From Spirochaetota bacterium (GTDB lineage Bacteria; Spirochaetota; UBA4802; UBA5550): 64,000 bases of DNA. A model generated the notes under the pieces. It saw only the letters and a list, made by a program, of their open reading frames with translations, had not been told where the DNA came from and did not search any database. Location of the stretch: NCBI GenBank assembly GCA_041737965.1, contig JBGSQT010000014.1, positions 5,509-69,508 on the forward strand, in the 5' to 3' direction. The stretch's first letter is position 1, and each line of letters starts with the position of its first letter. This document shows, one piece after another, positions 53,732-62,403 of this stretch. The position numbers and the translations under genes were made by a program.

Positions 53732-53759
53732 TAAATAGTACAAGCCCCTTTCATGTCAA
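53732..53759 (-). promoter_or_regulatory. Possible sigma70-type promoter of the kamA operon
   Basis: On the minus strand the pattern is TTGACA (53759-53754), a 16-nt spacer, then TATTTA (53737-53732). It sits in an AT-rich gap about 65 nt upstream of the kamA ATG. Confidence 0.35.
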
Positions 53760-53828
53760 TACTTATTATTCTATAATTCGTTATAAAATTAAAAAAAATT
53801 AAATTTTTCGGCCGGAAAAACCAGGAAT

Positions 53829-53868
53829 TTGACGTAACACTGTTATGTGCGTAACAGTGTTACGTCAA
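53829..53868. repeat. Perfect 17-bp inverted repeat with 6-nt spacer
   Basis: The arms are TTGACGTAACACTGTTA (53829-53845) and TAACAGTGTTACGTCAA (53852-53868), separated by tgtgcg. The repeat starts 6 nt after the stop of the 53875..54939 gene and lies about 70 nt upstream of the putative kamA -35 box. Confidence 0.7.
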
Positions 53869-53874
53869 TTGGTG

Positions 53875-54939
53875 TCATCTCAGGAAAAAATTCCTCTCAC
53901 CCACCAGCTGTCCCCCGGCAGTCCAAACCTCCACGGTATACTTTCCCGGGCCTTCCATCAACCTGTGGCGGGACCATGTCCTGAAGCCTTCCTTTCTGCC
54001 GCCGTAAAGGTCCTTTATATCAACCGTAAACAGCATTTGTCCGTTGTGACGCCAGACATGAAGCATCCGTTCCTTCAAACCCCTGGGCGCTGATATCGAA
54101 GAAAAAAAACAGACCTCATCGACCGTTCCCGCGGGCATTGAAACGAAGGAATTCACCGGGCTGTGGCCGGCAATTGATTCGCAGGCCCCCGCGCTCACCA
54201 GGGTGAGGGGCGCCGGAGGTATCGCGCTTCTGCCGAACCAGAGAAGGGCCAGGAACGCGATGATGCCGGTCAAGGAGAGAAAGGTGTTTTTCCAGCCTTT
54301 CAGGAGCGGGATATGGGGGTTGATAAAAAGCACCACAAGCAATGACGCGATCGTCCCGGAGACAAGAAGGCTCCAGATGTTTCTCATGCCGAAGACCACC
54401 GGAAACACCAGATTGAGAACGCAGAAGATCGTCAGGGAGTAAAAGAAGGAGCCTATAACGGGATAGGGGAGAATAAACCGCCGATAGAGCGCGTACCAGT
54501 GCGCAAGCACCGCCAGCAGGAGAAGAACCGGGGCAAAGACCATATTTACCGAAGGGACAGTCATGGACTCGAAGTAAAAGGGAACTGCGAAAAGAAGCAT
54601 GTCGTTGATCAGGAACAGGAGCGCCGTGTCCCATACTTTCGGGAGCACGCCCCCGCGGCGGTGGATTTGCATCCTGAAAGTGAGATAAAAAAACGCGAAC
54701 AGGGCGGACACCAGGACCACCGGTGCGTATTCGTAGCCTTTCCTGAGAAGGAGTATGCAGAAGATGCTGGTTGCCAGCGCCATGAGCGGCTGAAGCTTCA
54801 TTATCCGGGTGAATACCGGCGGGGACGCGGCCACGACGTCGGAAAGGTACCGGATGTGCCCCTTCAGGCCCGGTTCATGGGCCTCGCGGGGAGGGAACCC
54901 CTCGGTCAGCCGGCGCCGGAGGGAATTGAAGGCCTTCAT
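53875..54939 (-). CDS. DUF5924/DUF2914-type polytopic membrane protein
   Basis: About 8 TM segments are followed by a C-terminal soluble domain (VWRHNGQMLFTVDIKDLYGGRKEGFRTWSRHRL..GKYTVEVWTAGGQLVGERNF) that resembles DUF2914. Confidence 0.65.
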   Translation of the reverse strand: MKAFNSLRRRLTEGFPPREAHEPGLKGHIRYLSDVVAASPPVFTRIMKLQPLMALATSIFCILLLRKGYEYAPVVLVSALFAFFYLTFRMQIHRRGGVLPKVWDTALLFLINDMLLFAVPFYFESMTVPSVNMVFAPVLLLLAVLAHWYALYRRFILPYPVIGSFFYSLTIFCVLNLVFPVVFGMRNIWSLLVSGTIASLLVVLFINPHIPLLKGWKNTFLSLTGIIAFLALLWFGRSAIPPAPLTLVSAGACESIAGHSPVNSFVSMPAGTVDEVCFFSSISAPRGLKERMLHVWRHNGQMLFTVDIKDLYGGRKEGFRTWSRHRLMEGPGKYTVEVWTAGGQLVGERNFFLR

Positions 54940-54940
54940 T

Positions 54941-56170
54941 CTACAGCTTCAGGCGGCTGAAGCGCTCCATCGCCTCCGCCACGTCTTCCCGTTTCCCGAA
55001 CGCGGTGAGCCGGAAATAGCCCTCGCCGCACCGCCCGAAACCCGAGCCGGGGGTGCCCACCACCTGGCACTGCTCCAGAAGCCGGTGAAAAAAATCCCAT
55101 GAGGAGAGGCCGGCCGGGGCCTTGAGCCATATATAGGGTGAATTGACGCCCCCGGTACACTCGATGCCCAGTTTCTGGAGCCCTTCCCGGATTATGCGGG
55201 CGTTTCCGAGATAGTAGCGTATGGTGGCGTCGATTTCCGCACGCCCCCTGTCGGTAAACGCCGCTTCCGCCCCCTTCTGGATGACATAGGCGACGCCGTT
55301 GAATTTCGTGGCCTGGCGCCTGTCCCACAGATTGAGGATGGAATGGGCCGAACCGTCGTCGCCGTACAGGCAGGCCTCTTTCGGCACAATGGTATATGAG
55401 AGCCTCGTGCCGGTGAATCCGGCGGTTTTGGACAGGCTCCTGAATTCCACCGCCACTTCACGGGCCCCGGGAATCTCAAAAATGCTGTGCGGAACCGAGT
55501 CGTCGGTAATGAATGCTTCATAGGCGGCGTCATAGAGGATGAGCGCCCTGTGCTCCCTTGCGTAATCGACCCACTGCTTCAGGTCGTCCTTCATCGCCAC
55601 CTGGCCGGTGGGATTGTTGGGAAAGCAGAGGTAGATCAGGTCAACCGGTTTTTCCGGCAGTGACGGCCTGAAACTGTTTGCATGGGTGCAATCCAGGTAG
55701 GTTATACCCTCATACCGCCCATCCGAATAGTCGCCGGTACGGCCGGCCATGACGTTGCTGTCCACATACACCGGATAGACCGGGTCCGGCACGGCGATGG
55801 CGGTGTCATGATGGAACAGCTCCTGTATGTTCGCGGTGTCCTCCTTCGCGCCGGTTGAGATGAAAATCTCCTCCGCGTCGATGTCGATACCCCGCCTCCT
55901 GAAATCGCGGTCCGCGATCTTTTCCCGCAGAAATTCGTACCCCCTGTCGGAACGGTACCCCCGGAAGGTGCCGCGGTGCGCCATTTCCTCCACCGCGGAC
56001 TTCATCGCCTCCGTCACCGCGGTTCCGAAAGGCTCGGTGACATCGCCGATACCGAGGCGGATCACCCGCTCCCCCTGATGGCTCTGCTGGTACATCGCCA
56101 CCTGTTTCGCTATTTCCGAAAAGAGATAGCTCCCCGCCAGTTTCCTGTAATGCGGATTCATTCTTATCAT
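54941..56170 (-). CDS. dapL: LL-diaminopimelate aminotransferase (DapL)
   Basis: NPHYRKLAGSYLFSEIAKQV...VIRLGIGDVTEPF, CFPNNPTG and the PLP-lysine region SLSKTAGFTGTRLSY are present. I chose the ATG at 56170, with GGAG 8 nt upstream. Confidence 0.85.
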   Translation of the reverse strand: MIRMNPHYRKLAGSYLFSEIAKQVAMYQQSHQGERVIRLGIGDVTEPFGTAVTEAMKSAVEEMAHRGTFRGYRSDRGYEFLREKIADRDFRRRGIDIDAEEIFISTGAKEDTANIQELFHHDTAIAVPDPVYPVYVDSNVMAGRTGDYSDGRYEGITYLDCTHANSFRPSLPEKPVDLIYLCFPNNPTGQVAMKDDLKQWVDYAREHRALILYDAAYEAFITDDSVPHSIFEIPGAREVAVEFRSLSKTAGFTGTRLSYTIVPKEACLYGDDGSAHSILNLWDRRQATKFNGVAYVIQKGAEAAFTDRGRAEIDATIRYYLGNARIIREGLQKLGIECTGGVNSPYIWLKAPAGLSSWDFFHRLLEQCQVVGTPGSGFGRCGEGYFRLTAFGKREDVAEAMERFSRLKL

Positions 56171-56227
56171 GTCAGGAACTCCAGTATCATAAATTGACGA
56201 TTCCCGCACCGGCCCGCCGACTGCGGA

Positions 56228-56560
56228 TCAGCTGTGCCGGTATTTGATGACCTTCATCTTTTCGAGGGTCACGAGCCCTTCGGTCACGGTCTCGTCGATG
56301 AAAGGCATAATTTTTTCGATGTTCTCTTCGGTGTCAACAATTTCTACGACCATTGGAAGATCGATGGAGAGATCCATGAGTTTTGCCGAATGGATCCTGC
56401 TGTCGGCGCCGAAGCCGAGGACGCCCCTGAGCACCGTCGCTCCGGCAAGGTTCAGCTCCCTGGCCTTCAGCACGATTTGCTCGTACAGCGGCTTGCTGCG
56501 GTACCGGTCGCTTTCGCCGATAAAGACGCGAAGCATGACCGCCTGTTCCGGTAATTTCAT
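56228..56560 (-). CDS. DUF190 (PII-like, CrcB-associated) protein
   Basis: 110 aa reading MLRVFIGESDRYRSKPLYEQIVLKARELNLAGATVLRGVLGFG, typical of DUF190. It lies 4 nt after crcB. Confidence 0.8.
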   Translation of the reverse strand: MKLPEQAVMLRVFIGESDRYRSKPLYEQIVLKARELNLAGATVLRGVLGFGADSRIHSAKLMDLSIDLPMVVEIVDTEENIEKIMPFIDETVTEGLVTLEKMKVIKYRHS

Positions 56561-56564
56561 CGGA

Positions 56565-56960
56565 TCACCCCGCCTTCAGGACCCTTATCGCGATCCTGCA
56601 TAGATAAATGCCGCCCCACGCGGCGGCCAGAGACAGACAATTGTTCGCCAGAACGTTGTACAGTGCGTAACGGAGCTCTCCGTCCTGAATCAGCGCCATG
56701 GTTTCGAGCGAGAATGTTGAAAATGTCGTAAAGGCTCCCAGAAGGCCCACGGTGAAAAACCCCTTCATATCCGGAGATGCGTTGAATTCGTCGAATAACA
56801 CATAGAGAAATCCGAGGACAAAGCTGCCGGCGATGTTGACCGCCGCGGTGCCCATGGGGAACGCGGTATTCGCCGTCTGGGTGATGAACCGGGAGACGCC
56901 GAACCGGAGCAGGGCTCCGACTGAACCTCCGAGCGCGATGGGTACAAGCAGTCGTATCAT
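56565..56960 (-). CDS. crcB: Fluoride ion channel CrcB/FluC
   Basis: The sequence is MIRLLVPIALGGSVGALLRFGVS...FPMGTAAVNIAGSFVLGF...GLLGAFTTFSTFSLE. AGGA lies upstream of the ATG at 56960. The longer track ORF adds a non-coding-like N-terminus. Confidence 0.9.
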   Translation of the reverse strand: MIRLLVPIALGGSVGALLRFGVSRFITQTANTAFPMGTAAVNIAGSFVLGFLYVLFDEFNASPDMKGFFTVGLLGAFTTFSTFSLETMALIQDGELRYALYNVLANNCLSLAAAWGGIYLCRIAIRVLKAG

Positions 56961-57165
56961 GGTTTCCTTTTGGCCGCGGCGTGACGATGGGGGCCCGGCA
57001 GCGCCTTCGGCCTGATCCGCCGCATGATGCGTACAGGAGATTCCACCGGGCGACTCCATGTCAATAAGATTTTACCCGATGACTGAAAATTTTTTGATAT
57101 TGCCGGGCGTTCCGGACATGCCGCAATCCGGGTCCCCGGCGGGTTCACTGTTTCAGAAGCGGCAG

Positions 57166-57981
57166 TCAGAACGATATCTTTTTAGACTTGATTTCGAGGC
57201 CGAAGAGGCTGCGGCAGCTGGCGTCGAACATTTCTGTTGAATCGGTGGTGAAGTAGGAAACGGAGCCGTTTTTGGTGCATGCGCGGTCGATTTCGGGGTG
57301 CCGGGAAAGGTAGTCGGTGAGGCTTTCCGCCACGATGCTGTCCTGGGGGATCACGGCGATTCCCGGGGCAACGTGCCTTGTAATGGTTTCCAGGAGCACC
57401 GGATAATGGGTGCACCCGAGGAGCACCACGTCGATCTCCGGGTCCTTTTCCATGAGGTTTCTGATGTGCCTTTCCACGAAATAATCGGTCCCCGGATTGT
57501 GAAGCTCGTCGTTTTCCACCAGCGGGACCCACATCGGGCACGCTTCCTGGGTCACCCTGATATGGGGGAAGAGCTTTTGTATCTCCATCGGATAGGAGTT
57601 TGACGTGACGGTGCCCAGCGTGCCGAGGACGCCGATATGTTTGGTCTTCGACAGGGAGTCGATCGCTTCCACCGTGGGGCGGATGACCCCGAGCACGCGC
57701 CGCGACGGATCGAGGTGCGGCAGGTCGCGCTGCTGGATTGTCCTCAGCGCCTTGGACGAGGCGGTATTGCAGGCGATGATCACCAGCTGGCAGTCGAACC
57801 TGAACAGGAGCTTCACCGCGGAAAGGGTGTAGGAGTACACCGTTTCAAAGGACCTGTTCCCGTACGGTGTCCTGGCGTTATCGCCGAGATAGATGAAATC
57901 GTATCCGGGCAGTGTGCGGATGAATTCTTTCAGTATCGTCAAACCGCCGTATCCGGAATCAAACACGCCAATGGGTCCCAT
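57166..57981 (-). CDS. murI: Glutamate racemase
   Basis: IGVFDSGYGGLT, the IIACNTASS Cys motif and LGCTHYP are present. Confidence 0.9.
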   Translation of the reverse strand: MGPIGVFDSGYGGLTILKEFIRTLPGYDFIYLGDNARTPYGNRSFETVYSYTLSAVKLLFRFDCQLVIIACNTASSKALRTIQQRDLPHLDPSRRVLGVIRPTVEAIDSLSKTKHIGVLGTLGTVTSNSYPMEIQKLFPHIRVTQEACPMWVPLVENDELHNPGTDYFVERHIRNLMEKDPEIDVVLLGCTHYPVLLETITRHVAPGIAVIPQDSIVAESLTDYLSRHPEIDRACTKNGSVSYFTTDSTEMFDASCRSLFGLEIKSKKISF

Positions 57982-58143
57982 GATAACCTTTCCTTTTATG
58001 TATGCATTTCCGCCCGACCGGCCGATTATTTCAAGAATTAATTTTACACCGGCGTAATACGCGCCTTTTTAAATCTATTGTAATATTGTGCGGGGCAAAG
58101 GCATATAGACCGTGATGAAACCCTTGATTTTCGGAGGAAACAT

Positions 58144-58416
58144 ATGATGAGCAGGAGGCTTCTCGTAAAAAACGTCGATGTCGGCGCCACAGAGGAACAG
58201 ATCGAAAGGCTCTTTTCAGTCTACGGCGACGTTCATCAGGTGTTTCTGAACCGCCAGAAAGGCATCGGCATGATCGAGATGGCGTCGGATTCCGAGGCGA
58301 TCCGGGCCAGGGAGCGCCTGCAGGGTGAGCCATTATGGGGGCGGTCGCTTGATATCCTTGCCATGGGCAATTCGCTTAAAAGCCGGATTTCCTACATGCT
58401 GAACCGCTATTTTTAG
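58144..58416 (+). CDS. RRM-type RNA-binding protein
   Basis: GGAGGAAAC lies upstream of the ATG. RNP2-like LLVKNV and RNP1-like KGIGMIEM are present. The protein is 90 aa. Confidence 0.7.
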   Translation: MMSRRLLVKNVDVGATEEQIERLFSVYGDVHQVFLNRQKGIGMIEMASDSEAIRARERLQGEPLWGRSLDILAMGNSLKSRISYMLNRYF

Positions 58417-58486
58417 GGACCGCCCTTCCTCGGGCAGCGGGACACCTTTTTCAGAACCCCGGACTTCCGGCGGGGAAGTCGCGCCC

Positions 58487-59416
58487 CTATTTCTTCCTCC
58501 GCAGGCTGTAGACGCTGATATACACCACGATAAATATCACCAGGGCGATAAATCCGATCCCCAGGATTATCCAGAAGGCAACCGGGTGTTTTTTAAAGGG
58601 AATATCCACGTTCATGGAAAAGGCGCTCACCACAAAGGTCGGCACCATGATGCTGATGGTTATGATGTTCAGCGTTTTCATTAAAATGTTCAGGTTGTTG
58701 TTGACGATGGAGGCCCTGGCGTCCATCAGGCTGGCCAGTATGTTGGCGTAAATCTCCGCCTGCCGGTAGCACTGGGTGTTTTCGATCAGGATGTCGTCCA
58801 GATACTCCCTGTTCTCCTCGTTGAACCCGATCTTCGCGGAATTGAGCTTCAGCTTGTCGAAAACCATGCTGTTCGAGTTTATTGCGTTCAGGTAGTAGAC
58901 AAGGCTTTTCTCCAGGGAAAACATGTTGATGAGGTATTTGTTTTCCATGGCGATGCTGATTTTCTGCTCCAGAGAGTCGGAGATCATGTTTATCACCCGC
59001 AGGTGGCCGAAAAAGTGGGAGATGATGCCGAATATGATCTTCAGCATCGCGTCGTTGAGCGAATTTATTTTGTTGAAGAGTTTTCCCTTGAAAATGCCCA
59101 CGTCCTCGGCCATGATTATGATCAGACGGTCGGTAAATGAGAATATCCCCATGGAGGATATTTTAAACAGATAATTGTCCTCGGTGGAGTAGTTTTTCGG
59201 CCGTTTGACGATGAGCGCCACATGTTCAGGCTCGTACTCGATACGGGCGACCTCGTCCGGGTCCAGAGACGAGAGGAGGTTGTGCTCGTCTATCTTCATC
59301 ACCTCCACGAGGTGCGTCCGCTCGCCTGCGTCAGGGTTGATGTACAGGGAAATCCGCGCGTCCTCGCCGGCCGCCCCCTGAAGTTTTCCCTCATTTATGC
59401 CGTAGTGATACACCAT
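58487..59416 (-). CDS. CorA-like divalent-cation transporter with non-canonical SMN in place of GMN
   Basis: 309 aa with a cytoplasmic N-domain and two C-terminal TM helices. The loop motif reads VVSAFSMNVDIPF where CorA/ZntB have YGMNF. Confidence 0.65.
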   Translation of the reverse strand: MVYHYGINEGKLQGAAGEDARISLYINPDAGERTHLVEVMKIDEHNLLSSLDPDEVARIEYEPEHVALIVKRPKNYSTEDNYLFKISSMGIFSFTDRLIIIMAEDVGIFKGKLFNKINSLNDAMLKIIFGIISHFFGHLRVINMISDSLEQKISIAMENKYLINMFSLEKSLVYYLNAINSNSMVFDKLKLNSAKIGFNEENREYLDDILIENTQCYRQAEIYANILASLMDARASIVNNNLNILMKTLNIITISIMVPTFVVSAFSMNVDIPFKKHPVAFWIILGIGFIALVIFIVVYISVYSLRRKK

Positions 59417-59429
59417 GATGCGTTCCTCA

Positions 59430-60365
59430 TTAACGGAGAAAATCGCGGATCGCCCGCGACACTTCCGGCGCCCTGCAGTAGCCGTAGGAATTGTGGGCGT
59501 CTTTTTTTCCGTTTTTCATGTAGTTGTTCAGGACTATGGTGTCGACCGGACTGACCCCCCGCGAGTTCGGCGAATAGTCATCGGATAGACCGTAATTTAT
59601 CGCCACTCTGTCGTCGAGATCGGAAAAATTCAGCCACCGGTTGACGTTTTCGGGCGTGGGAATCTTCATGCCCGCCTTCGGCACGGTCCCCTGGCCGGCC
59701 AGAATTTTTTTCATTACCACCGGAAGGGCCAGCGGGGAGCCGATTGTGATGAAGGTGTCGATTGTCACCTCAGGCACCTCCCGCGTCAGCACATCGTAGG
59801 ATATGATGGTGCCCATGGAATGGGCGATAAGGAGTATTTTCTTGCGGCGGTGTTTTTTCAGGACTTTTACCAGCCTCCTGCGCACCTCCTCTCCCGCCTT
59901 CAGGCCCCGGAATGCGCTGACCGAGCATTCCCTGTGATAATAGTAATCCAGGTCCATGAAGAGGTTTCTCATCAGCCTGTCGGCGATCCTGTCGAAATTT
60001 ATGAAACCCTGGTCTTCGAAAAACATCCTGTCGACTTTTTTCTCCAGACCGTCGAGTATCTTTTTTTTAATCATGCTGGGCTTGAATTTCTCGTACACCG
60101 AAGGGTCTCCCGGCCGATACGGGTTATCGATGAAGCGCTCGCTTTTCGGGTCCTTTTCTTCCGGGTCAAGGGGGTTTTCATGCATCAGGTCGGCCCAGTA
60201 CGCGAAATCGTAGAGAAACCGGCGCCTCTTCCGGTCCACCTGCCCGAGCCCTTCCCGGATTGACTGTTTCCACCACTTTTTAAGAACGCGTTTCGGCGGT
60301 TTGTTGGCAAGGCCGTGGATCGCGATTATGATCTTTCGGCGAAACAACTTGTCAATTAACCACAT
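59430..60365 (-). CDS. Alpha/beta-hydrolase-fold protein (lipase/esterase-like), family not recognised
   Basis: IIIAIHGLANKP is present near the N-terminus and the nucleophile elbow is LIAHSMGT. The protein is 311 aa. Confidence 0.55.
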   Translation of the reverse strand: MWLIDKLFRRKIIIAIHGLANKPPKRVLKKWWKQSIREGLGQVDRKRRRFLYDFAYWADLMHENPLDPEEKDPKSERFIDNPYRPGDPSVYEKFKPSMIKKKILDGLEKKVDRMFFEDQGFINFDRIADRLMRNLFMDLDYYYHRECSVSAFRGLKAGEEVRRRLVKVLKKHRRKKILLIAHSMGTIISYDVLTREVPEVTIDTFITIGSPLALPVVMKKILAGQGTVPKAGMKIPTPENVNRWLNFSDLDDRVAINYGLSDDYSPNSRGVSPVDTIVLNNYMKNGKKDAHNSYGYCRAPEVSRAIRDFLR

Positions 60366-60626
60366 GGAGAACCACCTCCCTGAGATACGATTGAATATCG
60401 CCGGGCCCGGCGAAGATCGACCGGCTGTCGCTGTTTTCGATCAGTTCGGATTTAAAACACAGCCGCGGCACTCTGTCTATACAATTATTATCCCGGGAAG
60501 TCACGGTCAAAAAAAAATTGATGTGCGGGTTTTTTTACTTTACGGGATCGGCGAATGTTTCATTTCCATTTATATATTGACATTATTTCGGCAATACGCA
60601 TGATACAGATCTGAATCAAACCATCC

Positions 60627-61166
60627 ATGAAAAAAGCGAAAATAATCCTATTCGGAAATCCGATCCTGGGCCAGAGAGCAGAGGACGTCCGCGCCTTCCA
60701 TAAAAAACTCCATGGTCATATCGATACCATCGCCGCGACGCTGAAGGAGACCGAGCAGGGGGCCGCTCTGGCCGCCAACCAGATAGCCCTCCTCAAGAGG
60801 ATCACCGTCATTGATTATATGGATGAGTATTTTGAAATGATAAACCCTGAAATCCTTTCATCTTCCGGCACGCAGACGGGCTACGAGGGTTGTCTCTCCT
60901 TTCCCGGCTGGTCGGGGAGGGTGACCCGGGCGGAGACGGTGCAGGTCCGGTTTGCTGACCGCCGCGGAAAAGAGAGGGTGATCGAACGGTCCGGGCCGAT
61001 GGCGCGGTGCCTTCAGCACGAAATCGACCACCTCAACGGCGTCCTCTTTATCGACAGGATGGAGGATGGGTTCCTGTTCGGGGACGAAAAGGACACAAGC
61101 CTCGCGGTTGATGATCTGCGTAAAATGATGGCGGTCTCCCCGGAGGGCGTCAGGCCCGGACCCTGA
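60627..61166 (+). CDS. def: Peptide deformylase
   Basis: The three Def motifs are present: GAALAANQI (motif 1), EGCLSFPG (motif 2) and QHEIDHLNG (motif 3). Confidence 0.9.
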   Translation: MKKAKIILFGNPILGQRAEDVRAFHKKLHGHIDTIAATLKETEQGAALAANQIALLKRITVIDYMDEYFEMINPEILSSSGTQTGYEGCLSFPGWSGRVTRAETVQVRFADRRGKERVIERSGPMARCLQHEIDHLNGVLFIDRMEDGFLFGDEKDTSLAVDDLRKMMAVSPEGVRPGP

Positions 61167-61197
61167 TCGGCCGGGAGCGGCTCTATCCCGGCCGCTG

Positions 61198-61779
61198 TCA
61201 CCGGGAGGGCGCGCCCGCCAGCTCTTTCCCCAGCTCTTCCGCTTCCTGCATGAGGTCGAGGTCCGAGGTGATGTCACCCGCCTCCAGGGCGCTTCCGTAG
61301 ACCATGCCGACGATGTCGGCCCCCACGTAGCGGTAGGCGTCCTGAAATGTGCGGAGCGCGTTGACGCAGCCCGAGGCGAAGGGGTCCCGGTCGCCGTAAC
61401 TCATGGCGATGGCGATCCTCCTGCCGGTGAACGCGTCCTCCCGGAAGGATCCCAGGGCGAAACAGCGGTCCATCCAGAGCTTGGTCTGCGCCGACATGCC
61501 GAACCAGTACACCGGGCTCGCGATCACCCAGGCCTCCGCTTCCAGCATTTTCGCGTATATCCCGCCCATGTCGTCCTGTATGGCGCACCCTTCGCCCTCC
61601 GGTTTCTGGCATGCGTAGCAGGAGGCGCATGGGGCGATCTTCATTTCATGAAGAAAAAGCGTTTCCACCGAGGCGCCTGCGGACCGTGCCCCGCTGGCGA
61701 TCCTTTCCGCGAGCAGCGAGCTGTTTCCTTCACGCCTGGGGCTTCCGAGCAGCACCAGCACTTTGTTTACTCCGGTCAT
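61198..61779 (-). CDS. NADPH-dependent FMN reductase / iron-sulfur flavoprotein-like flavodoxin-fold protein
   Basis: GAGGAG lies upstream of the ATG at 61779. VLVLLGSPRREGNS (FMN-binding loop) and the Cys cluster CASCYACQKPEGEGC are present. Confidence 0.75.
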   Translation of the reverse strand: MTGVNKVLVLLGSPRREGNSSLLAERIASGARSAGASVETLFLHEMKIAPCASCYACQKPEGEGCAIQDDMGGIYAKMLEAEAWVIASPVYWFGMSAQTKLWMDRCFALGSFREDAFTGRRIAIAMSYGDRDPFASGCVNALRTFQDAYRYVGADIVGMVYGSALEAGDITSDLDLMQEAEELGKELAGAPSR

Positions 61780-61973
61780 CGTTTCTCCTCTGCTGACATG
61801 TTTTCGCAACTCTCCTCTCCGGGGAATGATCTGTCAAGCCGGTAATCCCCGGATGCCCCGGCTTCCGGCCCCCTCTTCCTCTCCGGCACATCGATTTTTA
61901 TATTGATTTTAACCGGCAGTCGGTTTTTATTGTCGGTTGAATGCGTGAGTATTATTTATCACAGGACCGGGGA

Positions 61974-62327
61974 ATGAACAAGTATATCGTCACAATGCTC
62001 CTCCTCTGCTGCAGCAACATCTTCATGACTTTCGCCTGGTACGGGCACCTGAAAAATCTTTCGGACAGGCCGTGGTTTATCGCGGCGCTGGCGAGCTGGG
62101 GGATCGCGTTGTGCGAGTATCTCCTGCAGGTTCCGGCCAACAGATTGGGGCACGAAGTCATGTCGGTGGGGCAATTGAAGATACTTCAGGAGGTGATTAC
62201 CCTGGCGGTCTTTTTCCCTTTTGCGGTGTTTTACCTGAAGGAGAAGCTGTCGCTGGATTATCTGTGGGCCGGGCTCTGCATGCTGGGGGCGGTGTTCTTT
62301 ATGTTTCGGGGGAAACTGGGATCGTGA
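61974..62327 (+). CDS. DMT-superfamily DUF486 membrane protein
   Basis: The sequence is MNKYIVTMLLLCCSNIFMTFAWYGHLKN...QLKILQEVITL, typical of DUF486 with 4 TM segments. Confidence 0.75.
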   Translation: MNKYIVTMLLLCCSNIFMTFAWYGHLKNLSDRPWFIAALASWGIALCEYLLQVPANRLGHEVMSVGQLKILQEVITLAVFFPFAVFYLKEKLSLDYLWAGLCMLGAVFFMFRGKLGS

Positions 62328-62403
62328 TGTATCCTGTCTGTATGAATCGTCGCCAGAAATTGCGGTGCGGGGCGGAATTCCGTCCTATTTGCGGGTACCT
62401 GTA

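Noticed and set aside
49813-53875. Microviridin/graspetide-type RiPP cluster (two ATP-grasp ligases plus GNAT).
   Set aside because: The ligases carry Ddl-family motifs rather than the RimK-like MdnB/C pattern. I found no short precursor-peptide ORF with an SD in or beside the operon. The first gene is an aminomutase, which points to small-molecule chemistry.
56961-57165. Fluoride (crcB-motif) riboswitch upstream of crcB.
   Set aside because: I read the 205-nt minus-strand leader and could not find the GGnGAUG...AACCGCC...CUGAUGAnnCCUAC core. The only similar string (GAUGGGGGCCC...CUGAUCCGCCGCAUGAUGCGUACAGG, about 56985-57037) is on the plus strand, which is the wrong orientation to control crcB. 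An Infernal scan would settle it.
60577-60605. Promoter for def (TTGACA at 60577-60582).
   Set aside because: The -35 box is perfect, but no acceptable -10 hexamer lies 16-18 nt downstream (ATGATA/TGATAC). It is left unannotated.
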